A DNA stretch of 63,229 nucleotides, the filler included, from Rhabdomonas costata (Eukaryota), in NCBI GenBank assembly GCA_019059605.1. It is 39 parts of 39 records of this genome, joined end to end, with 100 filler letters (N's around TTAATTAATTAA, not from the genome) between each part and the next. Parts side by side here need not be neighbours in the genome. Positions count along the whole stretch, not along the records: positions 50,342 to 51,865 come from JAHMHO010013854.1; positions 51,966 to 53,488 come from JAHMHO010013855.1; positions 53,589 to 55,112 come from JAHMHO010013856.1; positions 55,213 to 56,736 come from JAHMHO010013857.1; positions 56,837 to 58,359 come from JAHMHO010013858.1; positions 58,460 to 59,983 come from JAHMHO010013859.1; positions 60,084 to 61,606 come from JAHMHO010013860.1; positions 61,707 to 63,229 come from JAHMHO010013861.1; 31 more parts are not named here. The stretch is one strand, 5' to 3'. The translations under genes were made by a program, and so were the position numbers. Position 1 is the first letter of the stretch. Each line of letters begins with the position of its first letter. This document shows, piece after piece, positions 50,494-61,850 of the stretch. The notes beneath the pieces are model-generated. The model saw nothing but the letters and a program-made list of their open reading frames with translations. It had not been told where the DNA came from and did not search any database.

Positions 50494-52046
50494 GCAGAAA
50501 TCCAATGAAATCCAATGTTGTTCTCTCTCCTGGGAAAGGGAAAGTTGGGGTTGACGGAAGCAAACCCTACTGCTGCACGAACTTTGCCGGCCTTTTTTCG
50601 GGTCATTCAAAAACTTATGCCGCCGGAAGATTCATGGGAACGTTATTTCCGCTTTCCTTCTACGTATTACTCCTGACCCTCATCAAGTCCTTATCTTTCC
50701 TCGGTTTCATGTTATTGTTGTATATATTTATATTGCGGAAAAGTTAATGATTTAGTCTCTGATCCCAAGACGTGTAAAAAATTTACCTTTACCAGCTATT
50801 TACGCAGGGCAAGTAATTGTCCTACTTGTATTGGGTACCTGAGGCACTGCTCGGTCCACACACCATGGTTGTTCTCTCAGGGTGCATCCTTGGTGTAGGT
50901 TGGGTAGTACCACGCCGAGAGCACAACACCCCTTTCCCTGAACTTCAAATCGCCACCTCCTGTCCTGTGGGGTCCCCAGGCGCTTGAATTCGCAGAAGCT
51001 GAGATCCTCCTGCTGCGGCTGTTAACGCCTGGCTCCAAAGTGCTGGTGAAACTCGGGGGCCTTGGCACCCCACTTTGGTGCACGTTGCGGCATTCGCGTC
51101 CTCGAGCCTCTGTGACACCACAGGGTACTCTCCGGTTGGGGAGGCCGCACCACCAGACCACGCTTTCTGGGAGTCTCTGACATGCTTCCAGCACCCTGGG
51201 GGGCAGTTTTTTTTGACCCAGTGGCTCTTCGTGGACTCGTAACCAGCCGCAGCGTGAACAGTAAGTGGGTGGCTAAAAGAGGCAGAGGGTACAGCGTTTA
51301 ACCCGAACCCGAACCTACGACCGGGAACCTTGCGCGGTGGTTTACTGGCCCCCTGCTTTGTAGAATTGTACGTAGTGTCCGTTGCTTGTCCACTTTTGAG
51401 TGTGAGATTCTTTACATAAATAAATTTTTGTCGTGGAAGGAAAACATGAAGAAAAAGAGAGGAGAAACGTGTATAGTGGATGTGCCTTGTTGAAAAGGCA
51501 ACAAAATATACTGTGTTGTGTGGAGTATAATGGAAAATACGATTAGACGATGAATGCAATGCAGCGTGCCAGCCCGAAGGGAACCAGGACAACCGGCTCG
51601 CACGACGGAGGCCTTCATGTTGCACCCCGGTGGCAATGCGCACCCGCTCAGCCGGAGTGTCGGGCCCTCTGCGAGGCAGCTGGGTCAGGACGGCTCCGGG
51701 GCAGCAAGTGCAAGAGTCCCAAGAAGCGCAGTAATACGAGAGTTGCTGCAGGTCCTCCGCGTTGGCGCAGTGAACGCAGTTGGGGGAGGCTGTTCAGTAT
51801 TCCAATTGAAAGTTTCAAATTTGCTACTCTCGTTTCAGTCTTTGTTGTTTGCTTTCCTACAAAACNNNNNNNNNNNNNNNNNNNNNNNNNNNNNNNNNNN
51901 NNNNNNNNNTTAATTAATTAANNNNNNNNNNNNNNNNNNNNNNNNNNNNNNNNNNNNNNNNNNNNCGCCACCGCTCTCACCATCTGCTTCTCAGCAAACG
52001 CTGCCACACTCCCGGAAGCTTGCCACCCGCCGGGCTGCCCCCACAG

Positions 52047-52769
52047 AGCCTGACGGCCGGCATGGCCTGGTCACCGCCGTGGCCACCGCGGACAGTTACA
52101 AGTTTCGGCAGCTGAAGAGGTTCTTCCAGCCCGCCCGCGGCGAGATCCTGGTGAGCGCCAGTCGTGGCTGTCAACCCCCCCCCCACACACACACACAAAT
52201 ACACACACGTACTGATCCCTCTCCTGGGTTCCTGGCAATTTCAGGGAGTGCCTGCAAATTCGCAGCATGCGCCTTCCACGTTCACGTGGTCAGAGCGTGC
52301 AGATTTTGTCCGCGCCACTTCAGAATGAAAGGATCGAAGTGCAGTCAGGTGTTTTCTCAGTCTTTTCGCTAAGTGGTGAAAAACTGTCTTTCATCAGCAG
52401 TCGCGCTTTTGTTTCTTTTTTCACTGCGCCTTCCTTTTCAAAAATTCTAAATTCTTTCGGGATGATGGGCATTTCTTCGCTTGGGCGCCGTTTTTTTAAT
52501 GGTTGTGGAAGTTGAGCAATCATTTTGCATTCTCCCTTCGGCCACTATACTCCCCTGAGCGGGGGGGGGGAGATAAGTTGGATTCTGCTGTGGTGGGATG
52601 GACTCCGTGGTTTTCCAGGTGGGTATTTTCCCCCTGGGGTGGCCCGCAGGACAGCTCCGATGTGGCCTATGTGGTTTTTCCGGCGTACGGCAGCGAGGAA
52701 GAGACCTCCGTGTTCTTCTTCCCGTACGGGGTCACCGTGTGGTGGGGCTCGGAGTACGTCGGCCGGCAG
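52047..52769 (+). CDS. RMD1/RMND1 (DUF155) family protein, exons ~52047-52150 and 52650-52769
   Basis: VTAVATADSYKFRQLKRFF...|DSSDVAYVVF...SVFFFPYGVTVWWG matches .tAy.tA.sY.l..L..fl and vfiF.yGvvVfWg. Confidence 0.7.
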
Positions 52770-54699
52770 GTGATTCCCCCCGTGCGAGAGCATCAGCGCA
52801 TGGAATAATGATGCCGTGGGGAGGGGCAACTGGAAGAAAACGTCCGCCTCCCGATGGTTATGGGCCGGATGTTTTCATTTGAATCTATTGGGCTGATGGG
52901 CTGATTCGCTTTTGTGGACTGCCCGCAAAATCGCCTTGAGGAGCGGCAGCAGCTGGCTTAATTTGCGTGGGTGACCGCAGACAATGAGGCGCTTTGGTTC
53001 ACTTAGGGACAATTTGTATTTTTCCCTGTGCGAACACAGAAAGGAACCACGCAGAGAAGATGAGAGCTTGGACGAAAATCCTGATGATCTAAGACGCACA
53101 CAGTGTGGGTGCTCGCACGCATCCTCTTGCACACAACTGCTTGATGTCCTGGAGTTTCCACGTATATGCTTAAATTATTCAGCGGAGCGCACCTATGTCG
53201 TCAATCGCTTTGTGTTCAGGTTCTCAGTCAGCTTAAACCCTTCGAGATTAAGCCCGAGAAGGAGATCGACTTTGAGCGCTGCACCTTTGCTTACGGTGCA
53301 GGGACCTCCGTATGCCACTGTCGTTTTCCGCTGCTTCTTTGACTAGGCTGATGGATTGGAATTTATCCCCCCACGAACCTCATGCGCCCGCCTTGTTTAA
53401 AGAAACGGAACTTCCGCGCAAGATGGCACCGGCGACCCGATGACCTCTCGGCCTAGTGTAGAGCACTCAAAGAAGACCCCCACAAACCNNNNNNNNNNNN
53501 NNNNNNNNNNNNNNNNNNNNNNNNNNNNNNNNTTAATTAATTAANNNNNNNNNNNNNNNNNNNNNNNNNNNNNNNNNNNNNNNNNNNNTTCCTCTCGCCA
53601 ACAGTCCAGCCGTATGAACACCCTTTTCTCGTCCAATTTATCCGTGGGTTTGAAATCTATCTTCCGACCACTTTTTCAATCAGTATAATCTTCCAACTCG
53701 CTCACCTCCGCTCCTCTCTCAGCAGCGGTTCTCATCATATTTATCCGAGCGGTTGGGATCCGAAACGGAAAGTCTGGCTTTATATGGCCTCTTTCCACAC
53801 TTTTAACTTGCGCAGGGGGTGCAGCTATGGAAGACTGCACCGGCCGTCCTCTCTTTAACGCTCTGCCCCGTCTCGAGTCCTCATCTATTCCTTCTGGATC
53901 ATCTTCCCAATGGTCTCGAAGAGAGTCGTACTGGGACACTACCGCTGTCAGATCGATAAATTTATCTGATGGTCCCCCCGGTCCTTCATTTTCCGGATCT
54001 AGACCTTCTTTCCGGATCTAGACTTTCACCTTGGGTTGGTTCATCATCCCCTCCTGACATATCCATCATACCACCTGGCGGCCCGGTGTCGCTCCGGCTG
54101 TGTCCGTACCCTCTTCATCTCCATCTTCTTGTGGGGATGAGTGGTCACCTCTGTCTTCCTTGTCGTCCCTTGTCGAGTCATCCACGTGGAAAAGATACGA
54201 TCCACGTGGTGCGCTCTCTATCCACTCTTTATCCGTGACCATCCTCGATACAAACACACGTTTCCTTGGTAGCAGCGTGGACCTGTCATTATATCCATCG
54301 GGATACACCACTACGTCAGCAAAAGTGTATGGTATGGTTGTCCGTATATCCGCAACGTTTTTGTCCGTGTCCACCTGGTATATCCCGTCCAGCCTCCCGT
54401 GGACTTTCAAGGCCACTTCCTTAGACAAAAACCCCGACTAAATCCACGATTCAAGCACGTACTCACGCGTATATCTGGCCAATCCCACTGGATATTCGTA
54501 AAGTTTTGGGTCATCATACTAACCTCTGACCCTACACAAGCTCATTCTCTTCATTCTCTTTGACAAACTTCAACTTGTTCCTCACAATATCCACCGTTAT
54601 TGCAAACCTGAAGAGCCACTGGTACAGGGGCTAATTTATCGGTTCGCGCTCTTCATAACGTTCCAGGGCTAAAATTCACTCTCCCTGGAAACTTTCCGC

Positions 54700-55108
54700 T
54701 TTTTTTATTCAGCCTCTGGTATAGCACTCGCAACGCCTCGACGTGCGCTTCTAACGTGTCCGTGTGTACCAATATATCATCCACGTACGCCCCCGTTGTC
54801 TCACAAAGGTCTTCCAGAATGCAATCCATCGTCCGCTGAAATGTAGCTGGGGCGTTACACAAACCGAACGGCATCACCAGAAACTGGTAGGCCCTGTACT
54901 TCGTCTTAAATGCCGTCCGCTCCACGTGCTTTGGATGTATCCTAATCTGGTGAAATCCTGCGTTCTAAAACCATTTAGCTTTGCCTGCGTGATCAATTAT
55001 CTCGTCTATCCGTGGCATGGGGTACGAATCCGTGACAGTAATTGCATTTAGCGGTCTGTAGTCCACACACAGTCTCAATTTACCGTTGGCTTTTGGCACG
55101 AACAACAC
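54700..55108 (-). mobile_element. Ty3/gypsy LTR-retrotransposon reverse transcriptase, pseudogenised fragment
   Basis: VLFVPKANGKLRLCVDYRPLNAIT..D.YPMPRIDE...WF*NAGFHQIRI....KT....YQFLVMPFGLCNAPATFQR...AYVDDIL. The SKIDL segment is deleted or replaced by a stop. Confidence 0.95.
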
Positions 55109-55523
55109 CCAANNNNNNNNNNNNNNNNNNNNNNNNNNNNNNNNNNNNNNNNNNNNTTAATTAATTAANNNNNNNNNNNNNNNNNNNNNNNNNNNNNNNN
55201 NNNNNNNNNNNNTGTTGGGTGTGTGTGGGGTTTGTTGCGGATTGATATTTCTAAATATCCCACCTACTCCGACCGATCTTCCCTCTTAAGCCACCGGATA
55301 TCATACATGTTGTACTGTAGTGCTAGCTCCAGAAGTCCTCCAGACAGAGAGGCAATTAGCCTACACGGGTAATTGAAGGCGGTCGTGATAATCATCTGGC
55401 ATTGTCCACGGTACGGTCCCAACTGTGCCAATAGGATGAATGCTAGGAGGAAAAGGGGTTTTGGTATGATAAATCAAGCATCCGGATTATTAGCTAAGTT
55501 TATATACGCTCAGCACCCTTGGC

Positions 55524-55610
55524 GCCCGCGTGGCGGAACGGTAGACGCTACGGACTTAAAATCCGTTGGGAGTTGATCCTGTGCCGGTTCGAGTCCGGCC
55601 GCGGGTACCA
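55524..55610 (+). tRNA. trnL: tRNA-Leu(TAA), bacterial type, CCA encoded, no intron
   Basis: Acceptor stem GCCCGCG/CGCGGGT, anticodon arm ACGGA-CTTAAAA-TCCGT, long variable arm, GGTTCGAGTCC, ends ACCA. Confidence 0.95.
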
Positions 55611-55617
55611 TCAAAGG

Positions 55618-55689
55618 GGCTCGGTAGCTCAGTGGTAGAGCACCAGACTGAAAATCTGGGTGTCGCCGGTCCGATTCCGGCTCGAGCCA
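55618..55689 (+). tRNA. trnF: tRNA-Phe(GAA), bacterial type, atypical T-loop
   Basis: Acceptor stem GGCTCGG/TCGAGCC, TAGCTCAGTGGTAGAGC, anticodon arm CCAGA-CTGAAAA-TCTGG. The T-loop reads TCCGATT rather than TTCGA, and the 3' end reads ACCT. Confidence 0.9.
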
Positions 55690-55711
55690 CCTCTTCAATT
55701 ACCTTCGCAAC

Positions 55712-55999
55712 ATGACAGAGCTAAGTGAAGCTGTAGAGAGCTTACTACAAAAACGATTGCAACCCCAAAAACTAGAAGTCCGCATGCGTTCTTCTCAAGA
55801 CCAAGATGAGAAGTTGTCGCACGACAGATACGTAAATATATACATAGTATCTGAGCACTTTGCTGGTTTGTCTGTAGTAGGAAGACATAAAAAAGTCTTT
55901 TCCATCATTGAAAAAATGATAGGAGAGCTGCAGGGCCTCACCATCACTACAAAAACTCCGAAAGAGGAATCCGAGCATTCCTCAGCCAGCGCACCATAG
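55712..55999 (+). CDS. bolA: BolA family protein
   Basis: L.P.KLEV...IYIVSEHFAGLSVVGRHKKVF.II......QGLTITTKTPKE matches the BolA pattern iVS..F.G....RH..V...iHAl.i.t.Tp.E. Confidence 0.85.
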   Translation: MTELSEAVESLLQKRLQPQKLEVRMRSSQDQDEKLSHDRYVNIYIVSEHFAGLSVVGRHKKVFSIIEKMIGELQGLTITTKTPKEESEHSSASAP

Positions 56000-56269
56000 C
56001 ACAACCCTGCGAGCTATAGATCCATACCAATGCACCCTATATCGGTGCTAGCGGCCCGGAAAACTTTCATCTGTATGGTAGAATCTCCGCGAGCCAAGTT
56101 GGCGACTTATCCTGATTTTTGCCAACAAGCAAGGGAAGTCGGTAGGCTAAATGTACTGGACTTACGACATGAGAAACCGGGTTGTGCCGCATGGCCAAGA
56201 CACCAAAAGCGCAAGCAGGGCAGTAGGTTTATCATTGGTTCAGAGACTTCTCACGCAGGAAGAAAGAAG

Positions 56270-56736
56270 ATGGACAGCACAAAAGAAATCCTGGATGAAT
56301 TAAATGATAAGGGGGCCAAGTCGCTCCAAGTACTCAAAGACTAGCTAGCCGGCATCAGAACAGATAGAGCATCTCCATCTTTCTTGGGCGGAGTCATAGT
56401 AGTCTTAGATGGCGACAATAAGGTACCAATTAACAAGCTCGCCAGCATAACCACTTCAGGACCAAGGATACTGAAAGTAAAACCTTTCGATAGCCACCAC
56501 CTCAAACCCATTGCGAAAGCCATTATGTCAGCGGATTTGGGTGTAAATCCTATGGAAGGTGGTGAAGGAACACTAAGTATAGAAATTCCACACCTGAGCC
56601 AAGATAGGCGAAAACAGCTCGTGAAGATAGCACGCAAGCACACGGAAGAAACAAAGCAGACTATGAGAAACCTAAGGCATACAGCAATAGAGAAAGTTAA
56701 GAATTTGACGAAACAAAAGCTCCTATCCAAACCACA
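56270..56736 (+). pseudogene. frr: Ribosome recycling factor, 3' truncated by the contig end, in-frame TAG at codon 25 (56342-56344)
   Basis: AGGA RBS-like site, then MDSTKEILDELNDKGAKSLQVLKD*LAGIRTDRASPSFL...VPINKLASI...LKVKPFD...KAIMSADLGVNP...IPHLSQDRRKQLVK.A...EE.K..MRNLR. Confidence 0.9.
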
Positions 56737-56909
56737 NNNNNNNNNNNNNNNNNNNNNNNNNNNNNNNNNNNNNNNNNNNNTTAATTAATTAANNNNNNNN
56801 NNNNNNNNNNNNNNNNNNNNNNNNNNNNNNNNNNNNGGTGTTTGGGATTGGGCGGCGTTGGCGGTGGCGGAGGGGCGGCGGCCGATCCAGGAGTGGGCAG
56901 GAAGAGCGG

Positions 56910-58110
56910 GGTGCATCCATCGCTGCAGCTGATCCTCAAGAAGACGTCGTTGATCTGGTCCACGGAAAAGGGCGCCGACCACAGCGCCGCAGTATCGGCC
57001 AGCGTCACACACACAGAGTTCTCCTTCGCCAGCCCCGCGTGCAGGGAGACGTGCTGCCTGTGTGGAGGGGCGTGCAGCGGCGAGTGTGCGAGCCACAGGA
57101 AGCACTTTGGGTAGCACCCTCACCAACATTATAACCAACATTATGGCCAACGTTTGCAGGTCATACAATATAGCCAACCAATTTTCCCAGGGGAATCAGA
57201 TAGAAGGTGTTCCGAGGTCACAGAGAAATATTTCAACGCTCCGGAACCTGGGATCTCATCACGTCCATTAAAAAACAGCAGATGGTCGTGGTGGGAAGGA
57301 TACCCCTCGGCCAGTTCAATGTTGGAGCCCCGCACCCCAAGCTGTTTCAACCGCAGCGGGTGGTCCGTGCGGTTGGTCAGCACCCACCGTGGCGAGAACC
57401 TCAGCAGGCGGGTCAGGGAGGCCACCGCCGCGCCCGCGCCGGTGGAGTTGCCCGCGAACTCAACGCTTACGGAAACGCTGCGTTGCAGTTCCGTGCCGTG
57501 GAGGGAGCAGCTCACAATTCCGCTGGTGCCCACCGTGGATACCGAGACGTGCTCGCTCCAAAGCGTGCCACTGCCAATCTGCGGACCCACACACGTGTGC
57601 CTCAAGGTATTGAGGAAAAGGCAGACACATGCGAAGTGGGCAAGAAAATCGCTGTGAGATGTTCGATCTACCACGGACATGAAGTGGTTACAGAAACTGT
57701 GCTGCATTAAAACCAACGTCAAAACAAAGATGTCCGGGCCCGTGCACATTCAAAAACAAAAGGGAGGTGATGACTTCGATGGGGTCAGGTGGTCAAGGAT
57801 GGAGATGGAGAGAGAGAATATCTGACCAGAAGGTACAGCCGGAGCTCCGAACCCACCCTGGGGTCGCCCTGCTCGGGAAAGGGTGAGAGCAGGAAGGGTC
57901 CACCACCACGCCCGCCCGTGCCGACGCTCCACGGCGGGACCCCTTCCAGGGGCTGCCCCGCAAGGCTGTCGTCCTGCTCGGGCTCCCCCCAGTCCGTGAG
58001 GCTGAGGCGAAGCGCGAACTCCGTCTCGTTGATAACCCAATACGGGCAGTACACTACCACGTGATCCGCGCTGATGTACCGCAGCTTCAGGAACAGCGGG
58101 TTGGCTGAGC
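56910..58110 (-). CDS. VPS13: VPS13-family protein, VAB (SHR-binding) domain, three exons (~57830-58110, ~57270-57585, ~56910-57060)
   Basis: VVVYCPYWVINETEFAL..., LWSEHVSVSTVGTSG...LTRLLRFSPRWVLTNRT, and LWSAPFSVDQI match the VPS13 VAB motifs (PYw..N.T; WS..fs.d.vG; Tk.v.f.P.f.l.N; WS.pF.id). Confidence 0.75.
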
Positions 58111-59637
58111 CAGCCCATTCCCACACGAACCCCAAGAACCGAAAAATGCAACACCATCCCCTGCTAAAGCTTTCGTCTTTCCTCCTTAAAAAAAGAAAGT
58201 GACCAATAAAAAACGCCGACTCGGGCGTGCACGAGCTTTACGAAGACACCAAGAAGAAAGAGCGCACCAACCCTGACCCAATAGATCAACCACGATATGC
58301 CCTTTTCGGTTCTCTCGCACAAGCACAAACAATCTGAAGTAAAAATGCTCACCCCACAANNNNNNNNNNNNNNNNNNNNNNNNNNNNNNNNNNNNNNNNN
58401 NNNTTAATTAATTAANNNNNNNNNNNNNNNNNNNNNNNNNNNNNNNNNNNNNNNNNNNNAGTACTTACACTGCAGCATGCTCAAACTTATGCTTTATTGG
58501 AAACCTGGGGCTAGAGCAGAAGTAACACCAAAAACATATAAGGAGACAAGCGCAGCGAATACCATCGAACTCCAAAATTCACAGACCACACAATAAAACA
58601 TCTCCGAAGGTGTTCAATTCCCAAAACGGCAAAAAGCACAAACGCCTCATAGCGGCAGAAAACAAGAATCACCAACAAGAAAGGGTGGGCACCACAAACA
58701 CAGTACTATTCACAGTACTATTGGGAAGAATTTATAGTGCAGCAAAATGGGGTGGGCAGCACCGGTCTAATCTAAAGGCGTTGCTGTGCCAGCACATCAC
58801 TCTACAGCTGCGCTGCGGACAATTCCTGCCCTCTACCGCTGAACCTCCTGTACCTCGGGGTTGGCTCACTGACTCTTTGCCCTGGAGCACCTGCGAGTGT
58901 TGTCGATTCCGGTTGGTGGTAGCATAACGGCTCTGATTTCTTGCGAAGCTGGATGGTACTCGCTTGTACCTCCGCGCACTGGGACCTTCTCTACGCGGGT
59001 TCGTTCTGGGTGCTCCTCCCTCGGGTGCACAAAGGGACACCATTGGAAATTGATGCCGTCCCACACCAACATCGCACTCCTGGGGCACACGTGCTCGTCT
59101 TCCACCTCCTTTCGGCTGCGGCTTTCATGTCTTGCTCCCGGGGGTCCCTTTCCTGCCGTCGGCCTCTCCTGCTCTGCGTCTCTGTTTTCCTTGGATGCTC
59201 CATACTTGATCCCGGCAGCCGTCTTTCCGCATCCCTTGTCTGGCTCCCTATCCCTCGGCTCCTCTCTCTCACGTTAAATGCCTCTCTCTCTCACACTCCC
59301 GTTGCTGTTGCACTCTCTCTGGCGGTGCTTCCTTCGAATGACGACTTTGTTTGTTTGGCGCGTGCTGTCCCCATTTCGGCTTTTCTCTCATCCTCCTTCA
59401 CCCGCGGAGGACCTGGGGTTGATTCTTTCTGGTCATCGCTGGCCCTTGTGGAGGGCCCCTGGGGTAAATACCCCTACTCCCTCCGAAGCGAGAAACCTCC
59501 TGAAAATCATATGGATCCCGAAACTCAGCCCAAAAGCTTAACGGGGACCGAGATGTTGGAGGGAAACCATCAAGTTGCAGATTGGGCACACACACAATGG
59601 GAGGAAATAAAACACACAAACGCGCCAGACCGCGAAC

Positions 59638-59853
59638 CTTGATCGCGTTGCTTAACAGCTTCAGTAAGACCTGCCGCAGCCGCCCAGAGTCCGCCACACA
59701 AACCCGCGGCACCGTGGAGCTGATCCAGGGAACAAGCTCCAGGCCCTTGGTCTCTGCCTTCATCAGAACAATCTCCTGGGTACGGTCGATGCAGTCGTGC
59801 AGGCCAAACGGGCGTTTACCCAGCACGAGCATCCCGCTCTGAATCTTCGAGAA
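59638..59853 (-). CDS. Sensor histidine kinase exon (HisKA-HATPase junction, hybrid type)
   Basis: Phase-0 exon reading FSKIQSGMLVLGKRPFGL......A..KGLEL...VPRVCVADSGRLRQVLLKLLSNAIK (dfSKIeaG...D..RLrQvl.NLlsNAiK). Confidence 0.88.
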
Positions 59854-60611
59854 CTGCGGTGAGGCAGCGGCAGAATAATTTGAACAAAGACTGAAAAATG
59901 ACTGGATTCCTGCCTACAACGATTATTTTGTCAGGCTGCGGTGAGATTCGCTGAAGACAACAATTTAGACACCCACCCCCACCNNNNNNNNNNNNNNNNN
60001 NNNNNNNNNNNNNNNNNNNNNNNNNNNTTAATTAATTAANNNNNNNNNNNNNNNNNNNNNNNNNNNNNNNNNNNNNNNNNNNNGTTTTTGTTGTCCGCTC
60101 ATTCCCACTTGTCCTGTGTTTCGTTCATTTTGCCCAGTGTATCCCCTTCCGCGCGACCTTTCACTCAGCCAACAATGCATGCAAGACCCCCTATTCTCAA
60201 TTGTTCACCTTCCGTTTCCAATGCACTTATGTACTATGTACTTACACCGTCCGCTGCTTCGTTCTTTCCCTTATCTTGATAACATTACTTTTTTTGTGCG
60301 GGACAGTGGACGCTTGCTGACATTGATGGCTCATACTAAGTTGTTCTTGATTTGTTTTCTTTACAAAAGGTTACGGTTTAAAGTGTTGGAGTTATTTCTT
60401 ATCGTAACTGATCGTATGCGCGTGTAACGCTGCGATGCTATGTTATTTTTTTCACATTTTTTGGCGAACCCATCATTGGGGTGGGGTCTCCCTCCGGGTC
60501 GCTTAATTCATCTATTGTTGTCTCCAGTGCTGAGCTAAATGTTGTTTCATCGTGCTCCCAAACGTGCTGCTGGAAGTAATACAAGGATTTTCTTTGGATT
60601 TCCGTGCACAG

Positions 60612-60920
60612 TCACTGCCTGCAACATTTCGGTCAGCGGGGAAACCGGGTACGGCTCCTATGTCAATGGGTTGTACTTGGTGCGCGGAGTTTGGCGCGAC
60701 CGGCCGTTTTACTACTGCGGCGCAAAGGGAATGTATCTGTATTTCCTCGCCGGCCGAGGGTGGATGATTTATATTGTCCTGGGCTCCTCCGCCCACTACG
60801 CTTGGAATTCCCAGGACGTTTCTACTGCAGATCAGATTTCAGCGCCTTGGAATGTGCCTACTATTGCGGTGAACTTCGACGATGCCTTTACGGACCCGCT
60901 CATTCGGACTCAATGTGCAA
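60612..60920 (+). CDS. Symmetric phase-1 exon encoding a ~100-aa aromatic-rich, probably extracellular domain
   Basis: 309-nt exon bounded by CAG and GT, reading C.ISVSG...VNGLY..RGVWRDRPFYYC...MYLYF...GWMI..VLG.....W...D.LI..QC. Confidence 0.55.
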
Positions 60921-61714
60921 GTGTGTTTAATTGTGCGCATGTGTGCATGGGTGCGTGGGCTTGTGTGCTGTGCGCTTCCGAATCTTGTGCCTCCGTATTT
61001 TGTAGCACTGTTGAAAATGGGCGAACTGGTTAATCACTGCTGGCTAACAGTGCGACAGGTACTCGATGAAATCGTAAAAAAAATTTCTCGCTTCCATGCC
61101 CTTCATCACCTGATCTCTGTCTGACCTCCAAACCGACACAATGTTTTTGTCAACAACAACGTTTTCCCAAATGGATAAAACGACGCTATTTAAAGGCTAC
61201 GGAGACTACATCAATTGAAATGGGAAAACTTTCTTTTGGATAGAACCTCCACCCCATTGGTGCACAATTAGTTGCTGCATGACGTGAATGTGAATGGGAC
61301 AAGATGCAGACCCAGCGTCCGCATCAAGGCAAGGGAAGGGAAATGGGCGCAAGAACCAAACAAGATGTAACAGCAGTGAAGGAAACGTGAGGTGGAGAAG
61401 TGGGAGGGCTTCCAGCTGGTTACGTTGGCAAAACCAGAATGCATGGGAAACTTGCGGTGGTGGCGGTGCACTGGGAAAGGAATGCGCGGACGCACATTTA
61501 ATGGGTGAAGTAAACGAAACAGAATTCAGGTGGGAGTCGGAAGAAAAGTGGAACTGAAAAACAAGCAGACCCCCCATAAGGTTAAGGTTTTCATTCACAC
61601 ACACACNNNNNNNNNNNNNNNNNNNNNNNNNNNNNNNNNNNNNNNNNNNNTTAATTAATTAANNNNNNNNNNNNNNNNNNNNNNNNNNNNNNNNNNNNNN
61701 NNNNNNGTGGGTTG

Positions 61715-61850
61715 GGTTCGAAGTATGTGTGAAGGGTGCCGAGGCCATCCCAGCGGCCCCACAAGGCAATGTAGGGCAGAGAGGCACCGAGCTGGAGAAG
61801 GGTGGTGGCTCCAGCCGGGCGGAAGCCGTGCCACGTGAAGGCGGTGCAAA
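61715..61850 (-). mobile_element. Tyrosine recombinase C-terminal catalytic segment (DIRS/Ngaro-like retroelement remnant)
   Basis: FTWHGFRPAGATTLLQLGASLPYIALWGRWDGLGTLHTY has H-x-x-R, GAT, GRW and the catalytic Tyr in YR spacing. The upstream part of the contig is frameshifted. Confidence 0.8.

Noticed and set aside
55524-55689. trnL(UAA)-trnF(GAA) pair as plastid DNA
   Set aside because: The encoded CCA and the neighbouring bolA and frr point to a bacterial chromosome; plastids do not normally encode these genes.
1526-61706. Regularly spaced TTAATTAATTAA as a CRISPR-like or regulatory repeat, and any gene neighbourhood across spacers
   Set aside because: It is an artificial all-frame stop linker inside N runs. 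Adjacent contigs are unrelated, so no operon or synteny can be inferred.
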